58,482 nt of DNA from an uncultured delta proteobacterium (GTDB lineage: Bacteria > Desulfobacterota > Binatia > Bin18): contig CAVTCR010000032.1 of assembly GCA_963733195.1 (NCBI GenBank), forward strand, positions 1 to 58,482, read 5' to 3'. The translations under genes were made by a program, and so were the position numbers. Positions within the stretch are counted from its first letter, which is position 1. Every line of letters begins with the position of its first letter. Of this stretch, positions 51,915 through 58,482 are shown piece by piece. Under the pieces are notes generated by a model. That model had not been told where the DNA came from, ran no database searches, and saw nothing but the letters and a program-made list of their open reading frames with translations.

Positions 51915-52368
51915 TTGCCATATTTGCTGTGGCTGGGACAGCCTGAAACTGACCTGCGTGAGGACCGGCGACGCATACTCGTCGTCGTCGAAGATCGCTT
52001 GGCGTCACCGCTCAACGCCGCCCTCGCCCAATATCGTGACGATCTCCAAGCCGAAGGCTATGCCATTGACGTCATTACTGACGTAAGGCAAGACTCCTCT
52101 CCCCTTCAGGTCAGGACACTGTTGCAAAAAACCTTCGCCGCTCATCCGGACCTTAGAGGCGTGGTGCTGATCGGTGATATCCCGGCTCTTCTTTTCAAGA
52201 AAAAAAACAACAAGGAGACCCTTATTCAACAGTATAATCAGGTGATCGACGAGCTGGTTGCGCAGAATAGAGTAACCGTGCTTCCTCCAAATTTTTACAC
52301 CTATTTCAGGGTGCGGCCCGAGCTGCTGTCGGACGGCCTCTATCCTAACGGAAGAGGTTACAAGGCAC
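51915..52368 (+). pseudogene. Chimeric relic: peptidase C25-like N-segment joined to SGNH C-terminal segment, cut by IS1
   Basis: ILVVVE..YRDDLQAEGY..GVVLIGDIP then IQQYNQVIDELV..PPNFYTYF..DGLYPNG. Confidence 0.55.
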
Positions 52369-53125
52369 GGTAGTGCCATCCTGGTAATGCTGCACCTTTG
52401 GTGAGGTTGTCATCACAAATGAAATAGCGGATGGCTCCAAGGTGATTACTGAGCTTCTTCGAGAACGATAACGTGGCACGCACCAGCCGAGCGACCCGTT
52501 GTCGCAACGTGCAATTGAAGCGCTCAACATGGTTGGTCTTACGGGCCAGCTTGGAGATGGCGTGATGCTGGGCTGAGGGAATGATACCTTTGTAGACCTC
52601 ATATTGATCCGTGTAGAACGTGGCCCGCTCCTGATACATGGCAGGAATCTGTTGCCACAAGGCTTTAGCGCTCTGGCCACTACGGTCGCCGACATGAAAG
52701 GCAATGACTTGGCGGGTAATGGCGTCCATCGCAATCCAAACCCATTGGCGGTTCGCCTTCTTCCCGACAAAGCTCCAGAGCTCGTCCACCTCGGCCTCGA
52801 GCCGCTGGAGGATCACCGCCGAGGTACGTACTGGTGGCCGGACATGGAGAGGATCCAGAGCAGCGGCAAAGCGATCGACCATAAACTGTAAAAGCCACCG
52901 GAGACCGACACCCGCCGCACGACCGATGCCGCGTAGCGAGATCCTCTCCAGCAGGAGTCGTTCAATCAACGCCCGGTGCTCGTTCGTGATGACATGATTT
53001 TCTGGAATCAGCACAAAGGCCCGGCCACACAGCTTACAGCGGTGGTTTTGTTTGCCAGTGTGAATGTGGCCGTTTCTCTTGTACCATGTCGATCCACATT
53101 GTGGACATGCCTCTCGCGGGATCAT
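52358..53125 (-). CDS. IS1 family transposase
   Basis: 255 aa, near-identical to copy A. Confidence 0.92.
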   Translation of the reverse strand: MIPREACPQCGSTWYKRNGHIHTGKQNHRCKLCGRAFVLIPENHVITNEHRALIERLLLERISLRGIGRAAGVGLRWLLQFMVDRFAAALDPLHVRPPVRTSAVILQRLEAEVDELWSFVGKKANRQWVWIAMDAITRQVIAFHVGDRSGQSAKALWQQIPAMYQERATFYTDQYEVYKGIIPSAQHHAISKLARKTNHVERFNCTLRQRVARLVRATLSFSKKLSNHLGAIRYFICDDNLTKGAALPGWHYRAL

Positions 53126-53216
53126 AACGCTCTCTTAAGCCTCCCCTCCGCTCGATTGCTACTCCTGGCCAAGTGTAGCACGTAGCCGACGAGAGCATTA
53201 CTTGGATAGCACTACC
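52369..53216 (-). mobile_element. IS1 family element, copy B
   Basis: IRs ggtagtgccatcc / ggatagcactacc. Confidence 0.9.
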
Positions 53217-53249
53217 CAACAGAGATCATCGTCACCCTCGCAAAAGCGT

Positions 53250-54239
53250 CTAATGGATTTTTCCCTCGACGAACGGCACCTCGTACACCTTCTCGTGGTG
53301 GATCGGGCCGTGGCCGAAGTAGCCTTCTTCCCCGAATAACTCTCCGTGATCCGCCGTCACCGTGACGTAAGTGTCGCGCGGGACGGTGTCGAACAGGCGA
53401 GTAAATACGTCGTCCAGGTACCGGACGGCTTCGACCTGACGCGTGCGCAGCTGGTCGAGTTTGGCCTGGTCAAAGAATTTCGGCTCTCCATCCTTGTCCT
53501 CGACCAGCTTGCCTCCGACCACCAGGTCATCCAGGTGCTTAAACACTCCATGGACACCGTGAATCTTCGGCCACTGGTTCTCCGGCTCACCCGAGAGGGC
53601 GTACGGGTAGTGGGTTTCGCCGGCGTTGAGCAGATAAAAGGATGGGGAGTCAGAAGAGAACGTCATCCGGTCAACCATGGCCGCCATGTCATTATGCTTG
53701 GGCATCAGGGTAAATGTGTCGAAGTCCCGGTTAATCACCGTCGCTGGGTTGAGAACAGGCAGTGACACCAGCGCGTGTGTCTGATACCCCAGCTTGCGCT
53801 TGAGCACCGTGGGCAAAAACAGGTGTGGCACGAGGCTTTTGAACTCAAAATCCTCAGCGCCGAGGCGCTCATTGTACTTGAGGAAGTCACGCTTATAGTA
53901 CTCGGAGGCGTAGACGTGCGACGGGCTCGAATGGGGCAGCAGGCCCATCAGCAAGTTATAGTGCGACGGGGCGGTCCAAGAAGCATAACTCCAGCGCCGT
54001 TCGACGGCCCCGAGCCTGCTCAGAGCGCGCGGCGCGGCCTCCATCAGCGTGTCGTAGCGGCAACTGTCGAGGATCACGACGACATAGTTATTTCGCGCCC
54101 GCCGTTTGCCCAGTCCACTTCCCTCCTTCGCCTCCCACGCTTCCGCAGCAGGGGGAGGGGGGGTCACCGCCGGCCCGGCCTGTGGGTCCGTGGTTTCCGA
54201 TCGGACACGTTTTCTCAGTCGCTCAAGAATACTCATCAT
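53250..54239 (-). CDS. Sulfatase-like/alkaline phosphatase superfamily protein (Thr nucleophile)
   Basis: VILDSCRYD, ASWTAPSH, ETHYPY, TADHGE..GHG..EVPF. Confidence 0.88.
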   Translation of the reverse strand: MMSILERLRKRVRSETTDPQAGPAVTPPPPAAEAWEAKEGSGLGKRRARNNYVVVILDSCRYDTLMEAAPRALSRLGAVERRWSYASWTAPSHYNLLMGLLPHSSPSHVYASEYYKRDFLKYNERLGAEDFEFKSLVPHLFLPTVLKRKLGYQTHALVSLPVLNPATVINRDFDTFTLMPKHNDMAAMVDRMTFSSDSPSFYLLNAGETHYPYALSGEPENQWPKIHGVHGVFKHLDDLVVGGKLVEDKDGEPKFFDQAKLDQLRTRQVEAVRYLDDVFTRLFDTVPRDTYVTVTADHGELFGEEGYFGHGPIHHEKVYEVPFVEGKIH

Positions 54240-55787
54240 TCCTCCTGGGGTGGTTGGCGGCGCTGAGGTCATAGAGATAGGCACTGCCGCCTTCGGTAGT
54301 AAACGCATCGATCCGTGTGCCTATACGATTCAGATACTGAAGAAAGAAGTCTTGCTCGCTGACCCTTTCCCCGGCTTTCTTGACAGGGACAAACACGTGG
54401 GAGAAGAACACCCACACTCGACGCTTCCCCCGCAGTTGGTCGAGGTCGTCGATGTACTTATGCCAGTTATCCCGCGACCGCACACCAGTGATGTATGACC
54501 CGCCGTTGCGCGGCCAGTAGACTTGAACGACGGCTCCGCCGCGTAATACAGGTACACGACATCCCCGGGTTGCCAATGCCGCTCCAGGTACTGGAGGGCC
54601 GGCTTAGCTCATCTTTCGCCTTCGGCGTGTGCAGGAAGAGCTGGTACATCCCACCGAACGGGAGGAGAAGGCAGAAAGAAGCAGCAGCGATGACGAAGCC
54701 GCCCTTGCCGGGAAGGGTAAGAAATTGACTGATCCCGGAAGCAACGAATAGAAGCAGGGCCGGGACAAAGAATGGCATCAACCTGCCGGATAAAGGATAT
54801 CTGTGCAGACTTGAGGCGGCGAGCACGAACACGAAGGGCAGAAGGAGTAGAAAAAGTTCGCGTTTTTTTCCGCCGCACCACAGGGCGACGCCGCCGACAA
54901 AGGCGACGAAAAGGGAAAAATCCGCGACCAGAAACCCACCGGGCGTTCTCATCAGGCCGGGAATCACTCGAACATACCACTCGACGCCGGTGCGGGAAAA
55001 AGGCAGGGGGGCAAACGCATTCTCCACATCACCCCACCACTCCTGAAAGCCCGCGTCCACGGAGAGATCTTGCAAAATCATCAGATACTGGAGGGCAAAA
55101 CTCAGCACCCAGAGGGCGCCAGCGAGGGCATAGTGTGCCATCCTCCTCGGCATCCTTCGCCAGGCCGCATCAACAAAGAGGGTGAGCCCGATCGCGGCGA
55201 GAACGAAAAGGAGCGGATGGGACAGCCAGACGAGCACGGCCCCGGCGCCGCCGAAGAGCAACGTCCGCCTCAGGGTCAGTTCTTCCTGATGAAGGCGAGC
55301 GCCATGACATACACGAGAAGAACGGCCGCCACGTCTGACGCGTACTGTTTCACCTCGGCCGAGAAGTAGATGAGCGGGTTAGAGACGGCGAACAGGAAAA
55401 AAGCGACCAGCGCGCCGGTCGGGGACAGACAACGCTTCGCCAGCAACCAGAACAAGAACAAGGCGCTAACGCCAGCAAAAAGGGGGAAAGCCCTGAGGGC
55501 GTATTCGTTCGCCCCGAATATTGTAACCATGCCCTTCTCGATAGCGAGGAATAAAAACGGCGCGGCCTGGAGGCGCTCCAGCACTGGCTGTGCAAGTTCC
55601 GTCACCGACCGGTTCACGATGTTGAGTGAGAGCCGGGCTTCATCCAACCATAGACGCGGCCGGCTAGATATTGCGCAATACGTAACGCTACCCCGATGCT
55701 GATCAGCACCCCAATGGTTAATTTTGGATTTGTGATTATGACCCGGGCCGTATCCGCCCCATAATACAAAAAACGAGAAGACTGCAT
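54223..55787 (-). CDS. GT39/ArnT-like polytopic glycosyltransferase (frameshifted)
   Basis: LWLDEA, APFLFL, EYALR, EVKQYA, RYPLSGRL across several ORF pieces. Confidence 0.8.
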
Positions 55788-55924
55788 GGGCTTTCTCTAC
55801 AGTAGCATTTCGACTTTGAAGAAAATGGTTAATCTTTTCTGATAATCAAATCCAAATCTGGTTGGTAAAATCCGAGGTGAATCTTAGGCCCTACTGCGAT
55901 CAAAAAGTTTTCATACTGGTAACA

Positions 55925-56443
55925 ATTACGACCGATGGAGCGATCGGGCTCACTAACGCCATTGATACAATGTGGCCGAAGTCGTTACGGATTCGCTGTT
56001 GGTGGCACAAGATGAGGAATCTCCAACAAAAAGTCCCCGACCAGGCGTGACCCGCGCTCAAGGCCTTAGTGATGGACATGCGCGATGCGCCGTCTCGGAA
56101 GAAGGCCGAAGAGCGGCGTGAGCAGATCGTGGCGCAGTATCAACACGAGTTTCCCGAAGCCTGTCGGTGCTTACTCGATGATGCGGACGCTAGTCTGAAT
56201 AATCTGGAGGTCCCGCAGCGTCATCATGATGTGCGCACATCCAATTTAGCCGAGCGCGTCTTTGTCGAAGAACGCCGCCGCATCAAAGTGATTCCCCATC
56301 TGCAGGATGAACGCAGTTTAGTGCAATTGGTTCGGTCCTGCTTCGCGTCAGTGATCGGTGGAACAAGAAGTGTTTTAGTGTGCTCGAACAACAACAGCTT
56401 CGCAGCTAACGACGGAGGCGTAAACTGGACGAACACGAAGTGA
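55925..56443 (+). pseudogene. IS256 family transposase fragment
   Basis: ITTDG..GL..AI..WP..IRCWWHKMRNL, RTSNLAERVFVEERRR; internal stop. Confidence 0.85.
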
Positions 56444-56445
56444 GT

Positions 56446-57213
56446 CTAGAGACGGGAGGCGATGGCGATCGAGTGGAAGGGCGAGTCGGCGGAGAACCCC
56501 GGCTCGGCCGGCCAGAGCAGCGAGCAGGCGTCCGGGTCGTGGACCTTGTACCAGGCACCGGCCTCGACGCGTCGAGGCTGATGCGGCGCGTGGCTTCGCC
56601 CGCGACGACGAGCTTGGTCTCGCGCGCGCCGTTCGGAGCGCGAAGGCGATCTCGTGCTGCCCGGGCCGTGGCGACGACCTCCTGGAAGGCGCGGCCGGCG
56701 CCCGGGGCCGCGCCGAGCGGTGACAGCGCGCGCAAGCCCGGCGGCAGATCGACCGAGCTGGGCGATGTCTTGGCGCCGCTCGGGCGCGAGCTCGATCTCG
56801 AGCAGCGTCCCCTGCCCGGGCAGCAGCTTCGCCTCCGCGGCGACGACCGGCAAGCGGAGCGTAGGCGTACCGCACGACGAACTGCGCGGCCACGAACACG
56901 AACGGGAATGCCGAGCGGGATGAACGGGCCGAAGTTCAACCCCAGGTACTGGAAGTGCGCCACAGCACCTTGCCGACCGCCGCCCGACGACGAGCAAGTC
57001 GTTCTGGTACAGGCGGATCTCGATCATGTGCCCCTTGATCCGGTCCTTGGCGGACTTGATGCCGGCTTGCCAGGAGATGTGCTTGAAGGCGAGCAGCGCG
57101 ATCACGCCGAACACTCCGCTGGCCACGACGAGCGCGGTGCGCGCGCCGATCCACTCGAGCGGAGCGAGCAGCACGTCGAAGGCCGACGTCATCGCGCTGT
57201 TGATCGCGTTCAT
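56446..57213 (-). CDS. Hypothetical membrane protein (frameshifted, high-GC segment)
   Basis: Hydrophobic N-terminus, SWQAGIKSAKDRIKGHMIEIRLY. Confidence 0.6.
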   Translation of the reverse strand: MNAINSAMTSAFDVLLAPLEWIGARTALVVASGVFGVIALLAFKHISWQAGIKSAKDRIKGHMIEIRLYQNDLLVVGRRSARCCGALPVPGVELRPVHPARHSRSCSWPRSSSCGTPTLRLPVVAAEAKLLPGQGTLLEIELAPERRQDIAQLGRSAAGLARAVTARRGPGRRPRLPGGRRHGPGSTRSPSRSERRARDQARRRGRSHAPHQPRRVEAGAWYKVHDPDACSLLWPAEPGFSADSPFHSIAIASRL

Positions 57214-57250
57214 TGGAGGGCTGGCGGGCGCAGGCGCGGGGCCGGCGAGC

Positions 57251-57451
57251 TCAACTGATGTAGCCCAGCCCGCGCAGCTTCTCGGTGATGTCGGCGTCCG
57301 ACTGCGCGCCCTCGAAGTTCGCGAGCTCCTTCTCGATGCAGTGGACGATGAACTCCTCGTGCGAGGCGTAGCCCGCGAGCTCCGCGATCTTCTTCACGCG
57401 CTCGAGCAGATCGGGATCGAGCTTGATCTTGTTGCCGCCGCCGAACATCAC
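57251..57451 (-). CDS. Small protein with RHH-like N-part and C-terminal LRGLGY motif
   Basis: KIKLDPDLLERVKKIAELAGYASHEEFIVHCIEKEL..ITEKLRGLGYIS. Confidence 0.75.
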   Translation of the reverse strand: MMFGGGNKIKLDPDLLERVKKIAELAGYASHEEFIVHCIEKELANFEGAQSDADITEKLRGLGYIS

Positions 57452-58482
57452 ATGCCGTCTTCCGTTCGCTGCCTGGTGGGCTTCGCGTCTCTTCCGCGCC
57501 GCGCTACTCGAGCACGCGCTTGTCGCTCATCCCGGGCGCGGCGCACGGCGTAGCGCCGCAACACCTCGCTGGTGAGGTCCTCGAGCCGGTGCGCGCCGGG
57601 CGTCACGCGCCGGTTGCTCATCAGCAATCCGCCGACCACGTCGGGCGCCATCAAGTGGCTGCCGTTGAACGTGCCGCCGAGGTTGTCCTCCAGCACGACG
57701 TTCGGGATGCGTCCCTCGATGGATTCGTCCGAGTTCCCGTAGCCGGAGTCGTAGCCCACGATCAGCTCGGGAGCTTCGCGGACGCGCTCGCCGTGGTAGA
57801 CCTCGCTCGGCGAGATCGCAGCGCAGCACCACGCCGCGCCGCCGTTTCCGGGTCGGTCAGCGCTTCGAGCTTCGCCTTCAGCTCGCGCGCGAGCGCGTCG
57901 GCTTGCGCGCCGGGCTGGACGATGCCGGACTCGTCGCCCTCCGTCTTCGGGGTCGTCTTGCTCGCGGCCGGCGAGGTTCAGGTACAGACCGTTGAAGCCG
58001 ACGCCGTAGGCGCGCGTCTTCGACCAATCGGCCGCGTCGAGGATGTCACGTCCTGAAGCGCGGGATCGCTCCGGGGAGCTCCTTCGCGCGCCCGTCCTTC
58101 AGCACGAGGTAGCCGTTCTCGACCAGCCACGTGTTGAGGTTGAACTGCGCGCGTAGGGCGCGAAGCCGTGGTCGCTCATCACGATCAGCGTGGTCTCCTC
58201 GCCGATCCGCTCGCGCAGGTGCCCGAGCACCGGATCCATCTCCAGGTACAGGTCGTAGATCGCGTCGCGCCAGGTGCTGCCCGCGCGGCTCCGACCAGCG
58301 CGAGGAGTCCTGCGCCGCGAGCGCCGCGTCGTGGTGCGGATGGTCCTCGTCCGCATGGCGCCACATCATGCGGCCGCACAGGTCGACGCCGGAGTAGTAG
58401 AAGAAGAGCAGCCCGCCGCGCTCGTCCGCGAGGTACTCGTCGAGGGCGTAGTCCATCATCGCCTCGCTCTCGCGCTGCACGA
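57448..58482 (-). CDS. Alkaline phosphatase/nucleotide pyrophosphatase family protein, C-terminal part (heavily frameshifted, runs off edge)
   Basis: LIVMSDHGF, FNLNTWLVENGYL, GYDSGY..GSH. Confidence 0.75.

Overview
Bacterial DNA of about 55% GC, with catabolic gene content like that of Binatia/Deltaproteobacteria-type genomes (inferred). Many single-base indels point to an error-prone long-read assembly. (1) 1-3.3 kb: a tightly coupled minus-strand operon that looks like a non-tailed-virus structural module. It encodes a transglutaminase-like Cys-His-Asp enzyme, a protein carrying a cecropin-like amphipathic peptide behind Gly motifs, a small conserved protein, an acidic [MV]GY-repeat protein, and two tandem paralogous capsid-like (putative single jelly-roll) proteins, the second running off the left edge. 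No integrase or replication gene lies at the visible boundary. This is the best candidate for an undescribed system. (2) 4-33 kb: catabolic genes (SDRs, SnoaL-like proteins, two Rieske oxygenase alpha/beta pairs, LLMs, rhodanese, GST, MetE-like, TauD/TfdA, CMD, lactonase, hydrolase, ABC-F). A decayed integron interrupts this block (intI fragment, IS66, two attC-bounded cassettes carrying a TA pair and a methyltransferase). (3) 34-39 kb: an IS66 with convergent tnpAB/tnpC nested inside another IS66, both with 8-bp TSDs. (4) 39-56 kb: a scrambled cell-surface glycan-modification island with a diverged tandem duplication, a microhomology deletion, an FG-GAP/SGNH protein, a carbamoyltransferase-SxtJ-SxtK-like triad between inverted IS1 copies (one holding a TA-flanked MITE), a sulfatase-like gene, a GT39-like gene and an IS256 relic. 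(5) An abrupt jump to about 70% GC after about 56.44 kb (possible chimeric join).
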